A stretch of 64,000 nt of DNA. It comes from Dehalococcoidia bacterium. Its GTDB lineage: Bacteria > Chloroflexota > Dehalococcoidia > Bin125. Position numbers and translations under genes: made by a program. The DNA lies in the NCBI GenBank assembly GCA_963663235.2, contig CAXXNO010000004.1:416001-480000 (forward strand), given 5' to 3'. Positions within the stretch are counted from its first letter, which is position 1. Each line of letters starts with the position of its first letter. The notes under the pieces are model-generated. The model worked only from the letters and a program-made list of their open reading frames with translations, was not told where the DNA came from and made no database searches. Shown one piece after another: positions 47,457-58,095 of this stretch.

Positions 47457-49256
47457 ATGGCGGCTCAGGACGGCTCGGATCTGGACGCGACGTTCGACCC
47501 GATCACCTTTGAGGTGCTGCGGAACGCGTTCGCTGCCGTATGCAACGGCATGGCGTTGGTGGTGGCGAAGACGGCGTATTCGACGCCGGTCAACGAGGCC
47601 CGGGATTTCGCCGGCGCGGTCTACGACCGCCACGGCAAACTGGTGGCGCAAGGCGAGTTCGACCTGCCGGCGTTCGTGGGACTGACGATGCTCACCGTGC
47701 CGGAGGTGATCCGGGCGATCAGATTGGAGAAGATGCGGCCCGGCGACATCTACATGATCAACGACCCCTACGTGGCCAGCACCCACTGCAACGACATCCA
47801 CCTGGTCAAGCCGATCTTCCACGAAGGGGACTTGATCGCGTTTGTCACGTCTACCGCCCACTGGTCGGACGTGGGCGGCGTCGCCCCGGGATCGTTGAAC
47901 TCCCGCGCGCGGAGCCACTTCGAAGAGGGTGTGCGTATCCCCGCGCTCACCATCTACAAACAAGACGAGCTCAACCACGACGTGCTCAAGATCCTCCTGG
48001 CGAACATGCGGGGGGCGTGGGAGCGGATGGGAGACTTTAACGCACAGGTCTCCGCCGTGCGAATCGGCGAGGAGCAGTTGCTCGTCCTGGTCGCGCGACA
48101 CGGCTTGCAGACCGTGCTGAGCACGATGGAAGAGGTGCAGAACCACTCCGAGCGGCTCGCGCGTGCGGCCTGGAGCAGCCTGCCGGACGGCGTCTATGAA
48201 GCCGAGGATCGGGTGGATCAGGACGTGTATACGGGGGAGCCGAAGCTGATCCGCCTGAAGCTCACCATCGAAGGCGACCACGCGGTCTTCGATCTCACCG
48301 GGAGCGACGGACCGGCCCAAGCGAGCATCAACTGCACGTTCCCGGCTACGACCTCCGGCGTCTTCATTGGTCTGGCCAGTATCCTGCCGCCGATGCCCAT
48401 GAACTCGGGCGTGATGCGCTCGATCGAGATCGAGGCGCGCCGCGGATCGCTTGTCTGGGCGCAGCCCCCGGTGGGTATCTCCGGGTTGGCCGCCACCAGC
48501 ATGGAGTGCGTGATCGGCTGCTGCATGCAGGCGCTGAGTCAGGCGCTGCCGGAGCGCGGCGCGGCGACGGCGTTCAGCATCCTCAATACGGTCTTCGCGG
48601 GCCACGACACCCGGCCCGACTTCGATTCCCCGTTCATCAACTACGTCTGGGGCTTCGGCGGCCTGGGCGCGACGAAGCGCAACGACGGCGCGAGCGTGGT
48701 GGGCTCCCCCTACACCGCGAGCACCCGCAACATCCCGGCCGAGCTGCAAGAGCGCCGCTATCCGGTCCTCTGGCGTCGACACCAGTTCACGCAGGACTCG
48801 GGCGGCCCCGGCGCGACCCGCGGCGGTACCAGCCTCCTGCAGATCGTGGAGTTCGCCTACACGGACGGGACGATCTCCTGCATCGGCGACCGCGAGCGCT
48901 TCGGTCCCCCCGGCATCTTCGGCGGCGAGCCGGGCGATCTCGCCGGCCTGGTCATCAACAAGGGGAGCGAGAGCGAACGCAACATCGGCATCTTTTCGGT
49001 GAACGAGTCGGTGGCGCGCGGCGAGCTGATGACGTTCTGGTCCGCCGGCGGCGGGGGCTACGGCGATCCGCTCGATCGCGACGTGGCGCGGGTCGTCGAG
49101 GACGTCAAGGACGAGATCGTCTCGATTGCGGCGGCGCGGTCAACGTACGGGGTCGTGTTCGCCGAGAGCGACCGGCGGACGCTGCGCTTCGAGGTGGACG
49201 AGGGCGCCACCGCGAAGCGGCGGCTGGAGATGCGCGCGGCCGGCGCCCGCACCTGA
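47457..49256 (+). CDS. hydantoinase B/oxoprolinase family protein (close paralogue of 39619-41415)
   Basis: Shares long identical blocks with the paralogue (GDIYMINDPYVASTHCNDIHLVKP, TSTAHWSDVGGV). Confidence 0.92.
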   Translation: MAAQDGSDLDATFDPITFEVLRNAFAAVCNGMALVVAKTAYSTPVNEARDFAGAVYDRHGKLVAQGEFDLPAFVGLTMLTVPEVIRAIRLEKMRPGDIYMINDPYVASTHCNDIHLVKPIFHEGDLIAFVTSTAHWSDVGGVAPGSLNSRARSHFEEGVRIPALTIYKQDELNHDVLKILLANMRGAWERMGDFNAQVSAVRIGEEQLLVLVARHGLQTVLSTMEEVQNHSERLARAAWSSLPDGVYEAEDRVDQDVYTGEPKLIRLKLTIEGDHAVFDLTGSDGPAQASINCTFPATTSGVFIGLASILPPMPMNSGVMRSIEIEARRGSLVWAQPPVGISGLAATSMECVIGCCMQALSQALPERGAATAFSILNTVFAGHDTRPDFDSPFINYVWGFGGLGATKRNDGASVVGSPYTASTRNIPAELQERRYPVLWRRHQFTQDSGGPGATRGGTSLLQIVEFAYTDGTISCIGDRERFGPPGIFGGEPGDLAGLVINKGSESERNIGIFSVNESVARGELMTFWSAGGGGYGDPLDRDVARVVEDVKDEIVSIAAARSTYGVVFAESDRRTLRFEVDEGATAKRRLEMRAAGART

Positions 49257-49279
49257 CACGGACCCTGCTTGCTCGCGGC

Positions 49280-52008
49280 TTAGGGGCCTTGGCCGCCGCC
49301 GACCGAGATCGGGAGATCCGAGGCCCGACAGTTGTTCGTCTCATCCCTCTCGTCGAATTGATCGGCGCCGTCGGCGCAGGCGATCAGTAAGTAGGTACCC
49401 GGCGGCGTGTTCAGCGGGATCACGAGCGTCACGGACCCCTCCGAGACATTGACTTCGGACAACTGTTGCCCGATCTGGGCGGCGATGAGCCCCGTCAGGT
49501 TCGGCAACGGGATGGGGAACGGCGGAACCGGGCGCTCGACATCGAACAGGATCGATAGGGGGCCCATGACCCGGCTCTCGTCCAGGTAGTAGCGGACGAC
49601 CGTCGCCGGGGCGTCATCGCCAGCGAAGCGCACCCGATCCTGCACCACGAAGCTGCCACCCGGGCTCCCCGACCGCGGCGGGTTTGTGAGGGACTCGAGG
49701 GTGAGATCGCCGACGAAGATGAACGGCTCGCCTTCGACGGTGAGTTGCTCATCGGAGGCGAGGCAGTTGTTGGTCTCGGTGAGCTCGTCGATCTTTTCGG
49801 TGTCGTCCGCGCAGGCGATGACGAAGTAGTCGCCGTTGGCCTCGGCGGGCACGGTCGCGGTGACGGTCTGCGTATCGCTGTCGCCGCTGCCCAGGCTCGG
49901 CACCTGGTGCAGACCGATCAAGAGCAGGTCATTGCTGCTCTGGGTCTGGTCTCGGGACAGGTAGAACCGCGTGAAGGACGAATCCGCGGTGATGCCGCCG
50001 ATGTTTGCGGTCGTGTCGGTGATGGAGATGGCGAAGCCCGCCTCGATCACGGCGGAAAGGAAGTCGACCAGCGTGATCGTGAGGTCCGAGCAGCCGTCCC
50101 GTTCGCGCCCGAACCAGACGAAGCGGTGCTCGGCGTCGTCGTTGGTCCCGCCGTCCTGCATGGTGTAGAGCGTGCCGAGCCAGGTGTCGCGGCAGTTGTC
50201 GTACGCGGCGGCGGCCCCGTAGTCGCCGTAACGCCCGTTCGCCTGCGCGCCGCTGCCCGAGCCGACGGGCGCGTCGTTGCCGACGCGCAGCGTATGGTTC
50301 TCCCACGGCGCCGGTGGGCCCGAGATGTCGTCCCAGATGAACGCTTGCGCCCTCGGGTAGTGACCGCCCCCCATCACGTAGATCGGCCCGGCGATGTCGC
50401 CGCGGCGGTTCACGCCCACCGCCGGCATCACCCAGGCATAGGACTCGTGCCAGATGTGTGGCTGGCTGGTCAAGGTGAGATCGGAGGTGCGGAAGATCGC
50501 GACCCGCGTGTGCGGGAAGGGCCAGCCGCTGCTTGAATCCTGCGCCGCATGCCACATGAAGCCGAGCCCGCTGTCGCCGACCCAAGCCACGGACAGGCGA
50601 CGGTTGAAGCGGCCGCAGGGGTCGCTGCCGTCCGGCGCGGTGCAGGAGTAATCGCCCCGGTTGCTGGTGGGGAAGGTGCTGATGCTTCGGGTGAAGAGGC
50701 TGATCGACGCCGAGGAGTCGCTCGCGCGGCCGATGTGGAGGGAGTTATTGCCGGAGCCGTCGTGCACGCCCCAGTACATCGTGCTGCTGTCGTCGGCCAG
50801 CGCGATGCCGTAGTAGTCATCGTTGAAGTAGTACTGCCAGGAGACGCTGCCGCAGGAGGATGAGAAGTCGGCGAGCCCCATCCGCCAGACGTAGCCGCCC
50901 TGGTGGCTGCTGCTATCGGAAGAGGCGCTGTACTGGTAAACGTTCGAGGTGAGGTAGAGCCAGTCCTCGGACGATTCCATGCCGTTGAAGTCGAACCAGT
51001 AGGAGTTGGGCTGGCCGAAATCCTGCGGCGTGTAGTCGTAGACGCAGTAGGTCTGCGCGGCCAGGGCGCTGCGGCCCTCATAGACCACGATGCGGACGGT
51101 GTTGTTGCCGCTGCCGTCGCGCGAGTACTGGAGCAACCAGAACAGGAGGCCGCTGGCGTCGTCGTAGTGGACGAGCTGGTCGCAGCAGAAGGAGCCGCCG
51201 CTGCTGGGCGCGGAGAAGTTGCTGTACGGGTTGATGTAGCTCCAGCTCGACCCGTTGTCGAACGAGGCGGCCGCGTGCCAGTTCCCCGTGTAGAGGATTG
51301 CGTTGCGATCGTTGCCCGCGTCCGGCTCGCCGATGCGGCTGGTGTTGGTACCCTGGAGCACCTCGGTATTGCGGAAGATGACGAAATCATTGGCGGCGGC
51401 CGTCTGCAGCCCCGCCTGCACGGCCGGCAAGAGCAGCGTGAGAACCTGGTCGACCGGCGAGACGAGCCACAGCACCAACCCATCCACGAGCGGGAAATCG
51501 CCCCGTCCGAGCGCCGGAATGTACGGATTCCAGCGTCCCGCATCTGGATTGAAGAGCCAGGCGATGGTGAGGTCGCCGAACCAGTCCGATGCCGTTGTGC
51601 CCGGACCGAGATTCCAGAACAGGAACTGGCCGCCCGCGCGCACCGAGAGGGTGCGCTCGTCGCCGTCGGGGACCTGGACATCCGGGCGCTGGCCGCCGCG
51701 CGGTCCGCTGTCGATGTCGGTGCTCTCCACCTCCGGCGGCGCAACCGGGTCCAGGGCCTCGTTGCGGTCCACCTCCGGGTTGGCCAGGTTCATGCCCAGT
51801 TCGCGGTCGCGGATCTGTTCCGGCGTGGGGATGGGGGGCGTGTCGAGCAGTTCCCCCGTCCCGGGGCGACGCCGGGGACCGCGGCGGCGTCGGTCCAGCG
51901 CGCGTCAGACGGCGCCTGCGCCTCTCCGATGGAGGGGTTGGCGATCCAGGCGAATCCAAGGACCGAGGCAGCGAGGACGACGAGGGCCGGAGTCTTCGAG
52001 AAGGACAT
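49280..52008 (-). CDS. large secreted beta-rich protein with two C-terminal CARDB-like domains; -1 frameshift near 51863-51866
   Basis: The signal peptide (MSFSKTPALVVLAASVLGF..) is in an upstream frame that joins the 837-aa ORF if one C is added. RYGDY motif; two Y..IACAD...E..ETNNC CARDB endings. Confidence 0.7.
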
Positions 52009-52325
52009 GATGCGCTCCAAGCGCCGCCTGCGGGGCGCGGCCGCTAGGCCGGAAGGCTAACGCGGTTCCGTTGAGGCTGCAACGGCGCGCGCCGTCCGTG
52101 CTCCCCGGAGCCGGCGGTTGCACGTCGCCTGATCGTCCCAGCGCTTGTCGAAGAAGCCCGCCGCCTGCGGCAGCGGTGGAGGCAGGGAATGTCCGGCCGG
52201 CTGAGATCGGCTGCGCACACCCGATGGATCCGACCCGACCGGCTGGGCTCGCGGCGTGGGGCGTATACTTCCGCCGCGCGGTCGCGCCGCGTTGACGCGA
52301 GGGACGGAGAGCGCAGGACGGCGAG

Positions 52326-52409
52326 ATGATCGCAAACCGCGATCCCGGATCGGCGACCACCATCGAGCCGAGCACGTTCAAGGTGCTGCGCAACGAACGT
52401 TCGCGGTAG
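52326..52409 (+). pseudogene. relic 5' fragment of a third hydantoinase B gene
   Basis: MIANRDPGSATTIEPSTFKVLRN resembles IDPITFEVLRN of both paralogues; removing 2 nt restores NAFAV. Confidence 0.6.
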
Positions 52410-52425
52410 CGGCAGGGAGGGGTCC

Positions 52426-53628
52426 GTGGCGGCGGTCGAGCGAAAGGCGGCGATAGTGCAGGTGAAGATCCCCGCCGTCTTCATGCGCGGCGGCACGAGT
52501 AAAGGGATGTTCTTCCGCCGAGAGTGGCTGCCGCAGGATCCGGCAGCGTGGCCCTCCATCTTCCTCGCGGCGCTCGGCAGCCCGGACCCGTACGGGCGCC
52601 AGCTCGACGGCCTGGGTGGTGGGATCTCCTCCCTCTCCAAAGTCGTGGTCGTCGATCGGTCGAGCCGCAGCGATTCCGACATCGAGTACACCTTTGGGCA
52701 GGTGGCGATCGGCGAGCCGGCCGTGGCCTTCCGGACCAACTGCGGGAACCTCACGGCCGCCGTCGGGCCGTTCGCCGTCGACGAGGGGATGATCGCCCCC
52801 GTCGGTGATGGTGCGGTGGTCCGCCTCTACAACACCAACACCGGCAAGCGGGTCACCGCGCGCTTCCCGCTCGATGACGGCCGGGCCGCGGTCGAGGGAG
52901 ACTTTGCGCTTCCAGGCGTCGCCGGGCGAGGCGCGCGGATCCGTCTGGAGTTTCAGGACCCGGGAGGCGCCGTCACCGGCCACCTGCTGCCGACGGGTCA
53001 ACCAGGAGAACGCCTCGCGCTGCCGGGGCACGGCGACGTCGAGGCATCGCTCGTGGATGCGACCACTGCGGTCGTCTTCGTGCGCGCGGACGCGCTCGGG
53101 GCCGGGGGCGCCGAGAGCCCGGAGGCGGTGGAGGCGAACCAGCCGCTGCTCGAGCAACTCGAAGCGGTCCGAGCCGCGGCGGCGGTCCGCATGGGGATCG
53201 CCGCCACTATGGAGGAGGCCTCGCTGCGGTCGCCGAGCAGCCCGATCGTCGCGCTGGTGGCCCCGCCCCGGCGGGCGCGAACGCTCACCGGCGAATGGCT
53301 GGAGGCGGAAGCGATGGACGTGACCGCGCGTATGCTCTCGATGGGCCGGCCGCATCGCGCGCTGCCCCTCACCGGCGCGATGTGTCTGGCGGTTGCCGCG
53401 CGCATCGAGGGGACCGTGGTGCACGCAGTGGTCCGGCCCGGTGAGACGCCGAGCCGCGACCTGCGCATCGCCCATCCCTCCGGCGTGATGCCGCTTGCGG
53501 CGGCGGTTCGGCAGGCCGACGGCTGGACGGCCGACGAGGTCGTCGCTTACCGCACGGCACGACGTCTCATGGAAGGGAGCGTGCTGGTGCCTGCGTCGCG
53601 ACTGGGCCCGCTGGTGGCCGGCGCATGA
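52426..53628 (+). CDS. prpF: PrpF family isomerase
   Basis: MRGGTSKG, LGSPDPYGRQLDGLGGG.SS.SK, NCGNL, LSMG.PH, HPSG and RTARRLMEG. Confidence 0.88.
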   Translation: MAAVERKAAIVQVKIPAVFMRGGTSKGMFFRREWLPQDPAAWPSIFLAALGSPDPYGRQLDGLGGGISSLSKVVVVDRSSRSDSDIEYTFGQVAIGEPAVAFRTNCGNLTAAVGPFAVDEGMIAPVGDGAVVRLYNTNTGKRVTARFPLDDGRAAVEGDFALPGVAGRGARIRLEFQDPGGAVTGHLLPTGQPGERLALPGHGDVEASLVDATTAVVFVRADALGAGGAESPEAVEANQPLLEQLEAVRAAAAVRMGIAATMEEASLRSPSSPIVALVAPPRRARTLTGEWLEAEAMDVTARMLSMGRPHRALPLTGAMCLAVAARIEGTVVHAVVRPGETPSRDLRIAHPSGVMPLAAAVRQADGWTADEVVAYRTARRLMEGSVLVPASRLGPLVAGA

Positions 53629-54500
53629 GCGCGGAATCGGTGCGAGCGAGCGCGCGGCTGCGAGCGCTCCTGCGCGGTGGGGAGATCCTGGTCGCCCCCG
53701 GCGTGTTCGATGGACTGTCGGCGCGGCTGGTGGAGCGCGCCGGCTTCTCCGCCGTCTACGCGAGCGGCGGCGCGTTCGCGCGCGCCATGGGCTATCCCGA
53801 TCTCGGCCTGCTCAGCATGACCGAAGTGCTTGACCGCTTGGGTCCGATCGTCGACGCGGTGCGGATTCCCGTAATCGCGGATGCGGACACCGGCTACGGC
53901 AATGCGCTGAACGTCCGTCGCACCGTGCAAGCCTTCGAGCGCGCCGGCGTCGCCGGGCTGCACCTGGAAGACCAGAGCTTCCCCAAGCGCTGTGGCCACT
54001 ACGCGAACAAGGCGCTGATCTCGAGCGCCGAAATGGCACAGAAGCTGCGCGCCGCGCGGGAGGCCGCCTCTCACCCGGACCTCGTCCTGATCGCCCGGAC
54101 CGACGCCATCGCCGTCGAGGGGCTGGACGCGGCCATCGAGCGGGCCCTTCGCTACCGCGAGGCGGGCGCCGACCTCTTGTTCGTGGAGGCGCCCGAGAGC
54201 GAGGCGCAGATCGAGGAGATCGGGCGGCGGCTGCCGTTCCCCAAGCTGATCAACCTGTTCCAGGGGAGCAAGACGCCGTTCGTGCCGTTCCCGCGCTTGA
54301 TCGAGCTCGACTACCGCGTGGTGATCATCCCCTCCGATCTCCAACGGGCGGCGATCCACGCAATGGCCGATGTGCTGGAGGCGATCAAGCGCGACGGCAG
54401 CAGCGCCGCGCGCGTCGATCGCATGGTGTCGTTCTCGGAACGCGAGGCGATCGTCGACACCGATGCCTACGAGCGACTCAGCGACCGCTACCGCCCCTGA
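53625..54500 (+). CDS. isocitrate lyase/PEP mutase family lyase (PrpB/2,3-dimethylmalate lyase-like)
   Basis: PDLGL, DADTGYG, EDQ.FPKRCGH and IARTDA. Confidence 0.88.
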   Translation: MSAESVRASARLRALLRGGEILVAPGVFDGLSARLVERAGFSAVYASGGAFARAMGYPDLGLLSMTEVLDRLGPIVDAVRIPVIADADTGYGNALNVRRTVQAFERAGVAGLHLEDQSFPKRCGHYANKALISSAEMAQKLRAAREAASHPDLVLIARTDAIAVEGLDAAIERALRYREAGADLLFVEAPESEAQIEEIGRRLPFPKLINLFQGSKTPFVPFPRLIELDYRVVIIPSDLQRAAIHAMADVLEAIKRDGSSAARVDRMVSFSEREAIVDTDAYERLSDRYRP

Positions 54501-54531
54501 GGCCCGAGGGGCCGAGACGGTCGTGCGAGAG

Positions 54532-56007
54532 TCAGGCGCCGGCGGCGCTGGCGGCGCCGGCGCCGGCGATGCGGCCGAACACCGCTCCGGACATCAGCCC
54601 GGCCCCACCGGGGTAGTTGGAGTGAAAGAGCCCGCCAACCATCTCACCGCAGGCGTACAGCCCCGGGATGGGCGACGAATCCGCGCCGAGCACCTGCGCC
54701 TGCTCGTTCACGTGGACGCCGCCGAACGTAAACGTGATGCCCCCCGTCACCGCATACACGCGGAACGGCGGCGTATCGATGCGCTGCGCCCAGTTGCTCT
54801 TCGGTGGCTGGAGGCCCTCGGTCGAGAGACCGTCCCGGACCGTCGGATCGAACGGCCTCTGACTCGCGACCGCGGCGTTGTAGGCGGACAGGGTGCTGAG
54901 GAAGGCCTCTCGGTCGACCGGCAGCTGTTCGGCCAGCGCCTCCAGCGTTTCACCGACGATCGGGGTGCTGGTTGCGTACCTCGGCTCCAGGAGGTCCGTC
55001 ACCTTGGCATCGAAGATCTGGAAAGCGAGCTGGCCGGGCTGATGCAAGATGGCTCCACCCATCTTGGCGTAGGTGAGGAACTGGAAGTCCTCGCCCTCAT
55101 CGACGAAGCGCAGCCCCTGCGTGTTCACGAGGATGCCGAACGGGTAGGAGAGGCGGTTGGTCTTGTCCGTCCGCTTCCGATCGCCGAACTCGGGTGAGTC
55201 CGCGGCGATCGGGGTGCCGTGGCAGCCGTTCCACTGGCCGTGCCGAGTGGCGCCAGCCTCGATCGCCATGCGCAGCCCATCGCCGGTGTTGAACCGCGTG
55301 CCACGCACCTTGGCCTGCTCCCAGGCTCCTTTGAGGTGGAGGGCTCGCCACGCGCGGTTCGCCTCGAAGCCGCCGCAGGCGAGCACGATGGCTCGGGCTC
55401 GGACCACCTGCTCGCCCGCGGAGTCACGAATCTCGACGCCGTTCACGCGGCCGTCTGCCTGCAGCAGGCGCTGGGCGGCGGCCGCGTAGCGGATCTCGCA
55501 GCCCTTCCGCTCGGCGATTGCGAACCACATCCGTGAGAGACCCACGCCCTCACCGACGGCGCGGATGACCGCGCCACCCGGCCACTTGATGCGGCCATCG
55601 AACTGGATGGCGGCCAGGGACACTGCCCCCTCCATGCGGATGCCCTGATCGGCCATCCAACACGCCGTCTCGTACGACCTGGAGATGAGGACCTGGGACA
55701 GCCGGGGGTCGGTTTGCCCTTGCGTGACATCGTCCAACTCCCGCCGGAACGCCTCCGCGGGATAGGGCTTGATCGACGAGAGGAAGCCGGGAGCCTGCGT
55801 CTCGACGTCCGGGGCGAGTCGCAAGAGATCCTGCGGCCGGTCGAAGGCGAAGCGAAGAAGCGCCCCGCTGTAGTGCGTGTTGCCGCCGCGCACCGCCAGC
55901 GGCGCCTTCTCCAGCACGAGCACGCGCTCGGCGCCCTCATTGCGCGCCGAGACGGCCGCGGCCAACGCGGCGTTGCCGGCTCCGACCACGATGACGTCGT
56001 AGTCCAT
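54532..56007 (-). CDS. tcuA: FAD-dependent tricarballylate dehydrogenase TcuA-like protein
   Basis: VVGAGNAA, RGGN, ACGGFEAN, VRGT.FNTGDG, RFVDEGEDF...YAK.G, ITFTFGG and NYPGGAGL..GAVFGR.AG. Confidence 0.7.
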   Translation of the reverse strand: MDYDVIVVGAGNAALAAAVSARNEGAERVLVLEKAPLAVRGGNTHYSGALLRFAFDRPQDLLRLAPDVETQAPGFLSSIKPYPAEAFRRELDDVTQGQTDPRLSQVLISRSYETACWMADQGIRMEGAVSLAAIQFDGRIKWPGGAVIRAVGEGVGLSRMWFAIAERKGCEIRYAAAAQRLLQADGRVNGVEIRDSAGEQVVRARAIVLACGGFEANRAWRALHLKGAWEQAKVRGTRFNTGDGLRMAIEAGATRHGQWNGCHGTPIAADSPEFGDRKRTDKTNRLSYPFGILVNTQGLRFVDEGEDFQFLTYAKMGGAILHQPGQLAFQIFDAKVTDLLEPRYATSTPIVGETLEALAEQLPVDREAFLSTLSAYNAAVASQRPFDPTVRDGLSTEGLQPPKSNWAQRIDTPPFRVYAVTGGITFTFGGVHVNEQAQVLGADSSPIPGLYACGEMVGGLFHSNYPGGAGLMSGAVFGRIAGAGAASAAGA

Positions 56008-56087
56008 CCGCTGATTCTCGCACGGCCCGGGTCGCGGCTTGGGCGCCGCTCCGCGCACCGGAGCCGCCACGCCGCCGCGCCTCGGCG

Positions 56088-56882
56088 CTATCGACCCCGG
56101 AACACGGGCTTGCGCTTCTCCAAGAACGCTCGCTGTCCTTCGCGGTAGTCGTCGCTGGCGAAGCAGTCCGCGACCAGGCGCTCGATGAGGGCGTAATCGC
56201 GGTCCGCCTTCTCCTTCAGCGCCTCTCGGATGGCAACGCGAATGAGGTTGATCGTCAGCGGCGCATTGTCGGCGATCGTCGACGCGAGGTCGCGAACGGT
56301 GGCCTCCAACTCGGCCGCCGGGACGACGCGGTCGATCAACCCCATCCGCAGCGCATCGGCCGCATCGAAGCGCCGGCCGGTGAGGAGGATCTCCCGGGTG
56401 TGGGCCGGCCCCACCAGGTCGATGAGCGCCTTCACCCCGGCCAAGCCGTAGCCGAGGCCGAGCCGCGCCGCGGGGACGCCGAAGTACGCATCCTCGGACG
56501 CGATGCGGAGATCGGCTTGCATCGCCGTGAGCATCCCGCCGCCCATGCAGGACCCCCGGATCATCGCGATCAGCGGCTTGCCGAGCGCCGCGTAGCTCGC
56601 GGCCGCCTCCGCCATGAGCCGGTCGTAGGCCTTGATCGCCTCCGGCGAAGAGCGCCGCTCCTGGAACTCCGAGATGTCTGCACCGGAGACGAACGCCCGA
56701 TCGCCCGCGCCCGCCATGACGACGATGCGGACGGCCCCATCCCGCGCGAACTCACCGAGGATCTGCGGGATCGCCTCCTGCATCTCCATGGAGAGGGCGT
56801 TTCGGCGCTGCGGATTATTGAAGATCATCCAGGCGATGGCGCCCTCGCTCCGGGCGATCATCTTGTCAGTGCTGAGCTGCAT
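56088..56882 (-). CDS. enoyl-CoA hydratase/isomerase
   Basis: AFVSGADISEF, KPLIAMI.G.CMGGG and EG..AFLEKRKP.F.GR. Confidence 0.92.
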   Translation of the reverse strand: MQLSTDKMIARSEGAIAWMIFNNPQRRNALSMEMQEAIPQILGEFARDGAVRIVVMAGAGDRAFVSGADISEFQERRSSPEAIKAYDRLMAEAAASYAALGKPLIAMIRGSCMGGGMLTAMQADLRIASEDAYFGVPAARLGLGYGLAGVKALIDLVGPAHTREILLTGRRFDAADALRMGLIDRVVPAAELEATVRDLASTIADNAPLTINLIRVAIREALKEKADRDYALIERLVADCFASDDYREGQRAFLEKRKPVFRGR

Positions 56883-56963
56883 GGTCGTTCGCTTCCGTTC
56901 GGGCGCATTGAAGGCCGACTGGCACGGCTTGTCCCTGCCTCACGCCGCCCCGCGGCCCGCCCC

Positions 56964-57731
56964 TCAACCGGGAGCCATTCGGATGGCGGCGTCCAGGCGG
57001 ATCACGGTGCCGTTGAGATAGCGATTCTCGATGATCTGCCGGGCGAGCTGCGCGAACTCGTCCGGCTGGCCGAGCCGCCGCGGGTAGGGCACGGATTCGC
57101 CCAGGGATTCTCGGACGTCGCCGGGCAACCCGGCCAGCAGCGGCGTGTCGAACAGGCCGGGGGCGATGGTGACCACCCGGATCCCGTGGCGGGCGAACTC
57201 GCGGGCGATGGGGAGGGTCATCCCCACGATGCCGCCTTTCGATGCCGAATAGCCTGCCTGCCCGATCTGCCCTTCGAAGGCGGCGACGGAGGCGGTGTTG
57301 ATGATGACGCCGCGCTCGCCCTCGGCCCCGGCCTGGTTCTGCGCCATGGTGGCGGCGGCGAGCCGGATCACGTTGAATGTCCCGATGAGGTTGACGTGCA
57401 CGATCTTGGTGAACCACTCCAGATCGACGGGGCCTTCCCGGCCCAGGACGCGATTCGACCCTCCGATCCCGGCGCAATTGAGGGTGATGTCAATCTTGCC
57501 GAAGCGCTCCACGGTGTCGGCGACCGCGCGCTCGACCTGCTGCGGATCGGTGACGTCCGCCCGCGAATAGTGCGCGGCGTCTCCCAACGAGCGCGCCAGC
57601 GCCTCTCCCTTTTCGTCGTCGATATCAACGAGGCCCGCCGTCGCGCCCGCGTCGACCAGCATGCGAGCCGTCGCGGCCCCCAAACCGGAGCCGCCTCCGG
57701 CGATGAGGGCGGTCTTTCCGCGTAGTTCCAT
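56964..57731 (-). CDS. 3-hydroxyacyl-CoA dehydrogenase, type II/HSD10-like SDR
   Basis: [40 protein letters not shown] and YLNG.VIRLD. Confidence 0.9.
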   Translation of the reverse strand: MELRGKTALIAGGGSGLGAATARMLVDAGATAGLVDIDDEKGEALARSLGDAAHYSRADVTDPQQVERAVADTVERFGKIDITLNCAGIGGSNRVLGREGPVDLEWFTKIVHVNLIGTFNVIRLAAATMAQNQAGAEGERGVIINTASVAAFEGQIGQAGYSASKGGIVGMTLPIAREFARHGIRVVTIAPGLFDTPLLAGLPGDVRESLGESVPYPRRLGQPDEFAQLARQIIENRYLNGTVIRLDAAIRMAPG

Positions 57732-57863
57732 GAGCCTTCTCCGTCTCAGATTGCTCCCACCGACCGCCGGCGGGACCGCACATCGCAGGGGAAATGTAGG
57801 CGGGGTTGGGGCTGAGATCGAACCGGGTGGTGATGCAAACCCGTTTGTGGGGCGCCAAAACTC

Positions 57864-57933
57864 CATCTGTTCTGGTGTCGAAGGCTGATGAGGCGCACTC
57901 CGACATTCGATCACGCCGAAAACAGAACGGATG
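57864..57933 (+). ncRNA. structured intergenic element with hammerhead-ribozyme-like core (tentative)
   Basis: CTGATGA-GGCG/CGCC-GAAA; stem III TCTGTT/AACAGA; loop-loop TGTCG/CGACA. Stem I is almost absent and an 11-bp helix competes. Confidence 0.3.
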
Positions 57934-58095
57934 TGTTACTCATGCCCCCCAGGTGATGGACACGCGTGGCGTCATGGTCTGCGCGGGACTGCTCCTATGC
58001 GCCCGCACCGGCCGTCGCCACCGCCCGCGTTGACGGCCGCCGAGCCTGACGACTAGCCTCCGTGTTCCTCCGGGACGGCGAAAGGAGGCCAATCG

